Assembly: GCA_014859985.1 (NCBI GenBank)
Contig: JACZKN010000487.1
Span: 1 to 36,349, forward strand
DNA length: 36,349 nt
Direction: 5' to 3'
DNA from: Candidatus Krumholzibacteriia bacterium
GTDB taxonomy: Bacteria > Krumholzibacteriota > Krumholzibacteriia > LZORAL124-64-63
Shown piece after piece: positions 18,680-26,802 of this stretch. The position numbers and the translations under genes are program-made. Below the pieces are notes generated by a model, which ran no database searches, was not told where the DNA came from, and worked only from the letters and a program-made list of their open reading frames with translations. Every line of letters begins with the position of its first letter. Position 1 is the stretch's first letter.

Positions 18680-21600
18680 ATGTTCGTATGTGCTTGGGCC
18701 ACCGGGAGCCCTGAAAGGTCGATTCCTATGCGCAAGCGCCGTTGCCTGGCGTGCTTGTCATGGGCGCTGGCCGTCGTCGCCGGGTGGGCGATCGCGACCG
18801 AGCCCGCGCCGGCGGCCGCCCAATGCGCCAACTACGAGAACTACATGCACTGGATCCAGGATATCGACGCGCGCGGAGCCTCGGTCCGCGGCATCGAGGT
18901 CGCCGGCACGACGGCGTATACCGTCGCTGCGTTCGACAACTATTCGGGCCTGCTGACGGCCTATGACATCTCCAACCCGGGCAAGGCGAGCCGTCTTGGC
19001 GATCTGGCCTTGACCGGGAGCTATTGGTTCGGACGAGGTGATGTCGAAGGATCGTATCTCTTCGTGGTTTCGGACAATCCCCGGCAGATGCACACGATCG
19101 ACGTTTCCGATCCGGCGCATCCCGCGGAGATCGCGGCCGTGAACCTGGTCTTCGCGCCGTTGGACATCGCGGTTTCGGGTTCGCTTGCCCTCATCGTGAC
19201 CTCCATGGGCCAGCTCCATGTCTTCGACGTCTCCAATCCCAGCGCCCCGGTGTCCGTCAGCATCGTGAATGTCCCCTCTAGCGGCCGCAAAGTGGAGATC
19301 GCAGGGGACTATGCGTACGTCTATTGCGAAGACGGCGGATTGCGGATCTACAACATCGCCGATCCGGCGAATCTCCTGGCTGCCGGTAGCGTGAGCCTGT
19401 TCGACGGCCACCCCGCCCATGAGTCGTCGAGGGACTTCGCCCTGGCCGGCGACCGCATCTATGCTCCGGTCATGGAGTCGGGGAAGGTCCACATGGTCGA
19501 TGTCCTGGATCCGGCGAACCCACAGCTGATCGCCAGCCTGGATCTTGCCAACGGGGGATTCATCGATGTCAGCGGTGACCTCGCCTACGTTTCGGATCCG
19601 ACTGGGATGTCGGTCATCGACGTTTCGAGTCCGACGGCCCTCGAGTTCCTGGGCTGGGTCCCCTATGCCAGCTCGGGCTCCGGATGGCCGGCCGTGGACG
19701 TCGTGGCGGCCGGGTCGTTCCTCTACCTGGCCTTCGGACGAACCGGCGACAACACGCTGGACTCGGAGGTCTTCTCCCTCGGCTCACCCTGCGACCGGGG
19801 CGTCGTCGGCAGCCTGGACACGCCGGGCAGCGCCGAAGCGGTCGTCATCGACGGCAACTACGCCTATGTCGCCGACGGCCCCGGCGGGGTGCGGATCATC
19901 GACGTGACCGATCCCCTCGTCCCGGTGGAGGTCGGGTCCTACGACACTCCCGGTTACGCCACGAAGCTCGTCGTGTCGGGCGGATTCGCCTTTGTTGCCG
20001 ACGGCGAACAGGGGTTGCAGATTCTCGACGTCGTCGATCCCTTGAATCCCGTCTTCAAGGGTGCGACGGGGACCGCCCACGACGCCGTTGCCCTCGATAT
20101 CGCCGATTCCCTGGTCTACATCGCCGACAGCGATTCCGGTTTGACCGTAGTCAACGCGGCGGACCTCGCGGCCCCTGTCGTCATCGCCCGCGTCGACACC
20201 GGAGGCAGCACCCGGGACGTCGCCGTGGCGGGCGAGTACGCGTTTCTCGCCGACGGCTCGGGCGGGCTCCGCACGGTGAACCGGAACGTGGAGGAGCCCT
20301 CCGATCCGTGGATCATCGGCGGCGTGAAGTCCTTCAGCGTGAACGATGCCAGGGGCGTGATGGTCGACGGGACCCTGGCCTATGTCGCCGACGCGGATTC
20401 CGGACTCTACATCATCGACGTCTTCGACCCCGCGACGCCGATTCCCCTGGGCGAAGCCGCCACCCAGAGCGCGGCCAGTGACGTTTTCGTGTCCGATTCC
20501 TTCGCGTACGTCGCCGACGGCGGGTCCGGCCTGAAGCTGTTCAACGTCCAGACGCCCGCAGAGCCCTACATCGCAGCCAATCTGGCGGTGCCGTCGGTGA
20601 CCAGGGGTGTTTTCGTCACCCAGTACTACACGTTCATAGCCGCCGCGGATTCGGGGCTGCAGATCGTCCCGTCGCAGTGTGCGTTCGCCGAGTACCCGAC
20701 GGCGTTCTTCAATATGAGTTCCGCGACCGCCTTCAGGCCGGCCGCCATCGCCTTCTTCGACAACTCCACGGGATACATCACGGGATACGACTGGGATTTC
20801 GGCGACGGCACGGCGCACAGCACGGCGGTCAGCCCGGTCCACCTGTACGATGTCCCGGGCGACTATCTCGTGACCCTGACGGTTTCCAGCCCGACCACGT
20901 CCGACAGCATGACACGATCACTCACGATACTGACCGAGGCGCCCTACATAACGGCCGTGACGGACGTCCCGGCGGACCAGGGCGGGTTCGTCTACCTGGA
21001 GTTCCACAAGAGCTTCTACGACGACACGCTGCCGAGCGACGCCGGCCCCGACAAGGCCGCAGAGATCTACACGATCCAGCGGCAGGATGACGGACGTTGG
21101 GTTACCGTCGCGACCTCGGGCGCCTACGGGGACCAGTACTACTCGGTCCTGGCCGGTACCCAGGGCGACGGCGCGGTGGACTGGACCACCGTATTCCGGG
21201 TCATCGCGCACATGGATGAGGGGATCTGGATCGGTCCCGAGGCCAGCGGTTTCAGCGAGGACAACATCGCTCCGGCGGCCCCGACCGATCTCGCCTGGCA
21301 GGAGGACGGCATGCTGACCTGGTCGCCGGTCGCAGCCTACGATCTTGCCTACTACAAGGTCTGCACGGGGCCGAACGGATCCTTTGCGGAATCCACGCCG
21401 TTCGGCACCACCGTCGAAACCCGGATGGACCTCTCCAGCTCGACCGATAGCTGGGTATTCGTCGTCGCGGTGGACGATGCCGACCTTGAGAGTCTCCCCT
21501 CCACGCCCGTGGCCGTTTCCGGCGTGCCGGATGCCGGCAACGCGCTTCGGCTCTTTCCCGCGGTCCCCAATCCGTTCAACCCCAGCACGACCATCCGGTT

Positions 21601-21817
21601 CGTCCTGCCGGAGGAATGCAGGGCGCGCCTGGCGATCTACGACGTCAGCGGTCGTCTGGTCCGGGTCCTGGTTGACCGGTACATGGCGCCCGGGATCCAC
21701 GGAGCGGTCTGGCTGGGAGAGGATCAGGCGGGTCGAGCCGTGGCCTCGGGGACCTATTTCGGCCGGCTGGATGCGGCGGGGAAGGTCCTGACCGGACGCA
21801 TGACACTCGTAAAATGA
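18680..21817 (+). CDS. Secreted LVIVD-repeat protein with a PKD domain and a C-terminal FlgD-Ig/T9SS-like sorting domain (paralog 2)
   Basis: AAGGAG at 18667-18672 lies 7 nt before ATG 18680. Signal peptide: MRKRRCLACLSWALAVVAGWAIA (alternative start 18728), then AAAQCANYENYMH. LVIVD-type units: GVRIIDVTDPLVPVEVG, GLQILDVVDPLNP, GLYIIDVFDPATP, GLKLFNVQTPAEP. PKD motif: YDWDFGDGTAHS...VTLTVSS. C-terminal domain: VPNPFNPSTTIRF...LAIYDVSGRLVRVLV...GTYFGRL...RMTLVK. Confidence 0.88.
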   Translation: MFVCAWATGSPERSIPMRKRRCLACLSWALAVVAGWAIATEPAPAAAQCANYENYMHWIQDIDARGASVRGIEVAGTTAYTVAAFDNYSGLLTAYDISNPGKASRLGDLALTGSYWFGRGDVEGSYLFVVSDNPRQMHTIDVSDPAHPAEIAAVNLVFAPLDIAVSGSLALIVTSMGQLHVFDVSNPSAPVSVSIVNVPSSGRKVEIAGDYAYVYCEDGGLRIYNIADPANLLAAGSVSLFDGHPAHESSRDFALAGDRIYAPVMESGKVHMVDVLDPANPQLIASLDLANGGFIDVSGDLAYVSDPTGMSVIDVSSPTALEFLGWVPYASSGSGWPAVDVVAAGSFLYLAFGRTGDNTLDSEVFSLGSPCDRGVVGSLDTPGSAEAVVIDGNYAYVADGPGGVRIIDVTDPLVPVEVGSYDTPGYATKLVVSGGFAFVADGEQGLQILDVVDPLNPVFKGATGTAHDAVALDIADSLVYIADSDSGLTVVNAADLAAPVVIARVDTGGSTRDVAVAGEYAFLADGSGGLRTVNRNVEEPSDPWIIGGVKSFSVNDARGVMVDGTLAYVADADSGLYIIDVFDPATPIPLGEAATQSAASDVFVSDSFAYVADGGSGLKLFNVQTPAEPYIAANLAVPSVTRGVFVTQYYTFIAAADSGLQIVPSQCAFAEYPTAFFNMSSATAFRPAAIAFFDNSTGYITGYDWDFGDGTAHSTAVSPVHLYDVPGDYLVTLTVSSPTTSDSMTRSLTILTEAPYITAVTDVPADQGGFVYLEFHKSFYDDTLPSDAGPDKAAEIYTIQRQDDGRWVTVATSGAYGDQYYSVLAGTQGDGAVDWTTVFRVIAHMDEGIWIGPEASGFSEDNIAPAAPTDLAWQEDGMLTWSPVAAYDLAYYKVCTGPNGSFAESTPFGTTVETRMDLSSSTDSWVFVVAVDDADLESLPSTPVAVSGVPDAGNALRLFPAVPNPFNPSTTIRFVLPEECRARLAIYDVSGRLVRVLVDRYMAPGIHGAVWLGEDQAGRAVASGTYFGRLDAAGKVLTGRMTLVK

Positions 21818-21847
21818 CCGTGGACCTGCGGGTCGGGGAGTAGGTCC

Positions 21848-24121
21848 GTGAGCCAATCCGAAGCCGGCCCCTATGTCTTCCTCAGCTACTCCAGGGGCGA
21901 TCGCGAATTCGCCGGGCGGCTGGCGCAGGCCCTGCAGAACCAGGGTCTGCACGTCTGGTGGGATGCTGAGATCCCCGCGGGGGTCCATTATCCCAAGTAC
22001 ATCGAAGACGGCCTGAAATCCGCAGCATGCGTGGTCGTGCTCTGGTCGGCCCACAGCGCCGCCTCGCGCTGGGTGCGCAACGAGGCGGATTGGGGTGCCG
22101 AGAACGCCACGCTTGTGCCCCTGCTGATCGACGACATCGAGATCCCGTGGGAGTTCCGCAACTTCCAGACTCTCGACCTGTCGCACTGGGATGGCAAGCC
22201 CGACGACCCCGCCTTCCGGAAACTGCTGCAGGGACTGCAAGGCCGATTGGGGGCGTCCCGGGCGGTCCCCGGCGCACCGGAAGGGCCTGTCGGCGCTCCC
22301 TCTGTCCGGCAAGGGGCCTTTTCCCGAAGCCGCGACCGGAGCGCGACGGGGGTGGCCCGGAAGCGGTGGTTCGTCCCCGTCGGGCTCCTGTTGGCGGCGG
22401 CCCTGGGCATCGTGCTGTACTCCTTGTCGCCCTTGCGCCCCCCGCGGGCGCTCGAACCGGCCGAGGAGACGATCTCCTTCAAGCCCCTGACCGGCGACGG
22501 GCTGACCCATTCCTCGGCGATCTCGCCGGACGGCAAGTACCTGGCCTACACCCGCATCGAGGCGGGCAGGACCGGCCTGCGCCTCAAGCAGATCGAAACG
22601 GGAAGCGAAAGCACCCTCGTGCAGGGCGGTGCCCGCGGGATCAAGTCGCCGATCTTCTCGCCGGACGGTGTGTACGTCTTCTTCGTGATGAACGCCGGGA
22701 CTCCGGAAGCCCCGGACGGGGCGGTCTCCAATCTCTACAGGATCTCCATGCTCGGGGGCGAGCCCAGGATCGTCACCAGCGGGGTGGTCGACCGCAGGTT
22801 CGACTGTTCGCCCGACGGGCGCCGACTGGTCTTCAAGAGGATCGTCGGGGATTCGACCCGGATCATGGTCGTCGGTACCGACGGAACGGGGGAGCGGCAG
22901 ATCGCGGCCGGGCGGCACGAGCAATCGATGCGCCACTGTATTGCCTGGTCGGCTGACGGCGCCGAGGTTCTCACGGCCAGGCGCGACTCGATCTCGGGGT
23001 TCCTCGATCTGATCGCCTTGCCCGTTGCCGGCGGTACTCCGCGGATCGTGGGAGGGGACCCGTGGCAGACCGTCCTGGACATCCGCCCCCTGGTGGACGG
23101 ATCCGGGCTGCTCGTCCTGGGCAAGCCGGTGCCGGCGGTCGGCTTGAACATCAACCTGTGGCTGCTGCGGACGGGTGCGGAGAATTTCACGGCGCTGACC
23201 AACGACGTGACGATGTACTACCAGGTCACCTCCGACAGGTCGTGCCGCAACCTGGCTCTCAACTACTACGGCGCCAAGAGGACGCTGCGGATCATCGAGA
23301 TGGGGCCTGGGGGGCGCGTCCGGGACATCTCGACCGACCTGGTCGCCAACGGACGGGTGCTCTGGGCCGGGGATGACCGGTTGCTGGTCAACCAGAGCGT
23401 CGGCAGCAGGATCGGCCTTGTGCTTGTGGACGTCCGCGACGGCACGATCAGGAATGTCCCGACGGACGTCGAGTACGTCGCGGAGATGGATCTGTCCACC
23501 GATCGCCGCGTCATGGCCTTCCGCTCGTACCTGGGCGGCGGCAACGCCATCTGGCTGGCCAATGGTGACGGGAGCTCTCCCCGGAACCTGACGGAAAGCG
23601 GGGGAGACGAGATCAATCCCCAGCTCGCTCCCGACGGCCGGTGGCTCGTCTATTCCCGCCGCGACACCCCCGCGAAGCCGTGGTACATCTGGAAGAGATC
23701 CCTCGTCGACGGCTCAGCGTCGCCGCTTCTGGACACGCCAGGCACGGGGCCCAGGATCTCGCCGGACGGGACCCGTCTGGTGGCGGTGTTCAGGGATCCG
23801 ACAACGGGGGGCTCCCGGCTGGCCTTGGCGTCCACGGCGGGGGGCGAACTCCAGCCGGTGACCGTGCCGGACGACCACGATCTGTTGTGCTGGAATCCCG
23901 ATGGATCCGGATTCACCAGTTCGAGCAGGGCGGGGGGCCGCCTGGTGATCTGGGACCTGCCGCTCAGCGGCGGGGCGCCGAGACAACTGGCGGAGTTTCC
24001 TGCCAACCTGGAGAAGATCACGGACGCCGCGTGGAGCCCCGACGGCGGGTCCCTGGCTGTCTGCCTGGAGGTTGCGGCGTACGACGCGCTCCTGTTGCAG
24101 CGCTCGGGCGGCGCACGCTAG
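21848..24121 (+). CDS. TIR-domain protein with a single TM helix and a C-terminal TolB-like (PD40) beta-propeller
   Basis: GTG start with GGGGAG 7 nt upstream, 30 nt after the LVIVD gene. TIR_2-type N-terminus: YVFLSYSRGDREFAGRLAQALQNQGLHVWWDAEI...CVVVLWSAHSAASRWVRNEADW, with putative catalytic Glu79 in WVRNE (nt 22082-22084). TM helix: WFVPVGLLLAAALGIVLYSL (nt ~22367-22426). PD40-type motifs: ISPDGKYLAY, FSPDGVYVFF, CSPDGRRLVF, WSADGAEV, LAPDGRWLVYS, ISPDGTRLVAV, WNPDGSGF, WSPDGGSLAV. Confidence 0.88.
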   Translation: MSQSEAGPYVFLSYSRGDREFAGRLAQALQNQGLHVWWDAEIPAGVHYPKYIEDGLKSAACVVVLWSAHSAASRWVRNEADWGAENATLVPLLIDDIEIPWEFRNFQTLDLSHWDGKPDDPAFRKLLQGLQGRLGASRAVPGAPEGPVGAPSVRQGAFSRSRDRSATGVARKRWFVPVGLLLAAALGIVLYSLSPLRPPRALEPAEETISFKPLTGDGLTHSSAISPDGKYLAYTRIEAGRTGLRLKQIETGSESTLVQGGARGIKSPIFSPDGVYVFFVMNAGTPEAPDGAVSNLYRISMLGGEPRIVTSGVVDRRFDCSPDGRRLVFKRIVGDSTRIMVVGTDGTGERQIAAGRHEQSMRHCIAWSADGAEVLTARRDSISGFLDLIALPVAGGTPRIVGGDPWQTVLDIRPLVDGSGLLVLGKPVPAVGLNINLWLLRTGAENFTALTNDVTMYYQVTSDRSCRNLALNYYGAKRTLRIIEMGPGGRVRDISTDLVANGRVLWAGDDRLLVNQSVGSRIGLVLVDVRDGTIRNVPTDVEYVAEMDLSTDRRVMAFRSYLGGGNAIWLANGDGSSPRNLTESGGDEINPQLAPDGRWLVYSRRDTPAKPWYIWKRSLVDGSASPLLDTPGTGPRISPDGTRLVAVFRDPTTGGSRLALASTAGGELQPVTVPDDHDLLCWNPDGSGFTSSSRAGGRLVIWDLPLSGGAPRQLAEFPANLEKITDAAWSPDGGSLAVCLEVAAYDALLLQRSGGAR

Positions 24122-24154
24122 TTCGGCGCGCGTATCCCCGCTCCCGACGGCCGG

Positions 24155-25831
24155 ATGAATCTCGTACGGGCGAAAGGTGTAGACCGCATGGCCATGCCCA
24201 ACGGTTTGAGAATCGGGGTGACCGGTCACCGCAGGCTGGCCCATTGCGACCAGACGGCAGCAGCGGTCCGTTCCGTCCTCGCGGAGATCATCGGAGGGGA
24301 TATGCGGTCGTCCGCGGCTGCTCCGGAAACGGGCGCTCCCGGCGTTCTGGTAGCCGTATCCCCGCTGGCCGAAGGTGCCGACCGGCTGGTGGCCCGGGAG
24401 ATCCTTCGCCGCCCCGGCGGCCGGCTCCAGGCCGTCCTGCCCCTGCCCGCCGAGGAGTATGCCAGGGACTTCCCGACCGAGGAGTCGCGGCGGGAGTTCG
24501 CCGCGCTCCTGGGCGCCGCGGAAGAGACGTTCACCGTGGCGGACCAGGCCACCCGCGGCGAGGCCTACCGTCTCGTGGGGCGGGAAGTCGTGGACCGCTG
24601 CGATCTTCTCATCGCCATCTGGGACGGAGACCCTGCGCGGGGTAAAGGCGGCACTGCCGAGACCGTCGCCTACGCCCGCAGCAGGAACAAACCCATCTAT
24701 CTGATCGACGGCGAGAGTCCGACCAGGATCACCCGGGAAGGGTTTGTTGCGGACCGGGATTCCACCGGAGGCGAGGGCCTGGCAACAGGGCCGGCTCCGC
24801 GGCCGCCCTCGGCCCCGCTCGACGGACTGAACAACCTGGGTGACCTGGACCGCGCTCTGGAGGAATGCAAGGGTTCCGGAGCCGGGGAGGACGAGGAGGG
24901 CGCGGGGCGGGCCCTGACCCGCAGGCTCCAGCAGGTCATTGCCCATTTCGGTCCCGCGTACCACGAAGCGGGCGCGCGTGCCGAGAGGGCCCAGAACACC
25001 TACCGCCAGACCTCCAAGGCCGTCTACATCCTGGCCACCCTGGCGGTGCTGATCGTGGCCGCGCAATCGATCTTCGGGCTTTCCCACTGGATCATCGCCG
25101 GGGAATTCGGCGCCATCGCAGTCATCCTGTTGATGACCAAGCTGGGCAATCGGCGGGGCTGGCACATGTTATGGCTGGAGAACCGTCTTGAGGCCGAGTG
25201 GTTGCGCCACGGCATCTTCGTGGCCTTCCTCAGCGGCCAGACCACTCCCGGGATCGACCGCCACTGGGCGTGCCGTTGGGTCGCGAGATCGGACGGGGTG
25301 GCCAAGGTCAAACAGGTCTGGAACGAGCTTCCCCACCTGGGAGCGCCCCCGGAGGCTGGCCTGGGCATCCTCAAGGCTTTCATGAGGAGTGCCTGGCTCG
25401 AGGAGCAGCGGGACTACCATGCGCGGAAGGCCGCCCACGAGGTCGCCAAGCATCACCGCATCGAGCGTGCCGGTGAACTGGCGTTCTGGCTGACGTTTGT
25501 CGCCGCCGCCCTGCATCTGGTCCCCCATTCGATCTACCACCATTTCCACCTGCCGGACAAGCCCATCATCAGGGTATTGACGATCCTGGCCATCGGCCTG
25601 CCGGCGCTGGGCGCGGCCCTGACCGGCCTGCGCGCTCATTTCGAGTACAGGAAGATCGCCGCCCGGTCGGCCATGATGGCCGAACATCTGGAGATCCTGA
25701 TCGGGGACCTGGCCGGCGTCCGGACGGTCACGCAGCTGGGTGAGCTGGTGAAGGAGACCGAGACCCTGATGCTCCAGGAGAACTCGGACTGGTACTTCAC
25801 CATCGGCCTGCACGAACTGGAAAAGGGGTAG
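24155..25831 (+). CDS. SLOG-like (LOG/DprA-type Rossmannoid) N-terminal domain fused to two 2-TM SLATT/DUF4231-like modules
   Basis: Lies 33 nt after the TIR gene. N-terminus: LRIGVTGHRRL...VLVAVSPLAEGADRLVA...LQAVLPLP...YRLVGREVVDRCDLLIAIWDGDPARGKGGTAETVAYAR..KPIYLI (aa ~17-190). Module 1, aa ~262-355: YHEAGARAERAQNTYRQTSKAVYILATLAVLIVAAQ / IIAGEFGAIAVILLMTKL. Module 2, aa ~405-520: EEQRDYHARKAAHEVAKHHRIERAGELAFWLTFVAAALHLV / VLTILAIGLPALGAALTGLRAHFEYRKIAARSAMMAEHLE. Alternative starts at 24188 and 24194. Confidence 0.8.
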   Translation: MNLVRAKGVDRMAMPNGLRIGVTGHRRLAHCDQTAAAVRSVLAEIIGGDMRSSAAAPETGAPGVLVAVSPLAEGADRLVAREILRRPGGRLQAVLPLPAEEYARDFPTEESRREFAALLGAAEETFTVADQATRGEAYRLVGREVVDRCDLLIAIWDGDPARGKGGTAETVAYARSRNKPIYLIDGESPTRITREGFVADRDSTGGEGLATGPAPRPPSAPLDGLNNLGDLDRALEECKGSGAGEDEEGAGRALTRRLQQVIAHFGPAYHEAGARAERAQNTYRQTSKAVYILATLAVLIVAAQSIFGLSHWIIAGEFGAIAVILLMTKLGNRRGWHMLWLENRLEAEWLRHGIFVAFLSGQTTPGIDRHWACRWVARSDGVAKVKQVWNELPHLGAPPEAGLGILKAFMRSAWLEEQRDYHARKAAHEVAKHHRIERAGELAFWLTFVAAALHLVPHSIYHHFHLPDKPIIRVLTILAIGLPALGAALTGLRAHFEYRKIAARSAMMAEHLEILIGDLAGVRTVTQLGELVKETETLMLQENSDWYFTIGLHELEKG

Positions 25832-25997
25832 CACGGCGTTATCGGGCTTCCTGCAGGAGCAGGTTGGTGTCGAAGGCCGCCCCCACGGGGCCGATGCCAT
25901 CATGGCAGGGAACGCATTGACAGACAGGCCCGTTGTACGGCATCCTGATCGGCATAGGTCCCCGCACGAATCGCCCCCTCGGCAATGGAGGGATGCC

Positions 25998-26762
25998 ATG
26001 AAACATTTTTCAGCATTGACCGGCTTCATGATGCTGGCGGCGGTACTCGCCGGCTGTGGCGAGGACGAGTGCCCGACCTGCCCCGAACCTCCGTCATCCC
26101 CTCTCCTGTATGCGACGGGCACCGTGGCGGTCGACGACGAGGTGTTAAAGGCATTCATCGAGTTCTACGATATCAACGGCACCGGCGACAGGGTGGATTC
26201 CACGTTCGTGGACGGAGAGTTCGGATACTTGTGTTTCACCGAAGAACCGGGAACGGTCGCCGGCGACGGCCGGCAGCTGATCTCCCATATCGGGTCCGAC
26301 CTGTGCCCGTCAGATGTACTGTTCGAATATTATCCTGGAGAGACCACGGAATTGACCTTCTTCTGCCGCGGCGTCGAGCACAGCATGCGGCTCCACCTGC
26401 TGGACGAAACGGCTTCGAGGCCCGCCAACCTCCAGGCGACACCGGACGAGGCGACCGGCACGGTGCAAATCAGCTGGAACCCCGTCCCGGGGGCGGAATG
26501 GTATGCCCTGCGAATGCGCACGTCTACAGATCGCGCCGGTCCCTGGATGTGGGACTACTTCAGCGTGGACTCGACTTCGCTAGACGCGCCGCTTCCCATC
26601 CCCTACGGCATGATCGACTATCTCGATATCTACGTGGCGGCGGGCACCGGACCGGAAACCGTCGAGGGCCGGCCCGTGAGCAATATCTCGGGGAGGTACA
26701 TCACCGGAACGATATACAGCACATCGCACGAAGCGTATCGCAACGTCCCGATCGCTCACTGA
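25998..26762 (+). CDS. Lipoprotein of unknown function with an FN3-like segment
   Basis: GGAGGG lies 5 nt upstream. N-terminus: MKHFSALTGFMMLAAVLAGCGEDECPTCP (lipobox LAGC). FN3-like stretch: PANLQATPDEATGTVQISWNPVPGAEWYALRMR. Visibly lower GC. Confidence 0.8.
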   Translation: MKHFSALTGFMMLAAVLAGCGEDECPTCPEPPSSPLLYATGTVAVDDEVLKAFIEFYDINGTGDRVDSTFVDGEFGYLCFTEEPGTVAGDGRQLISHIGSDLCPSDVLFEYYPGETTELTFFCRGVEHSMRLHLLDETASRPANLQATPDEATGTVQISWNPVPGAEWYALRMRTSTDRAGPWMWDYFSVDSTSLDAPLPIPYGMIDYLDIYVAAGTGPETVEGRPVSNISGRYITGTIYSTSHEAYRNVPIAH

Positions 26763-26776
26763 TCGGGGAGTGCCGG

Positions 26777-26795
26777 CCCCCGCCGCGGGCGGGGG
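26777..26795. terminator. GC-rich hairpin between convergent genes (possible bidirectional terminator)
   Basis: cccccgcc (26777-26784), gcg loop, ggcggggg (26788-26795): a perfect 8-bp stem. It sits in the 40-nt gap between the stops at 26762 (+) and 26803 (-). There is no clear U-tract. Confidence 0.45.
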
Positions 26796-26802
26796 ATCCC
26801 CC

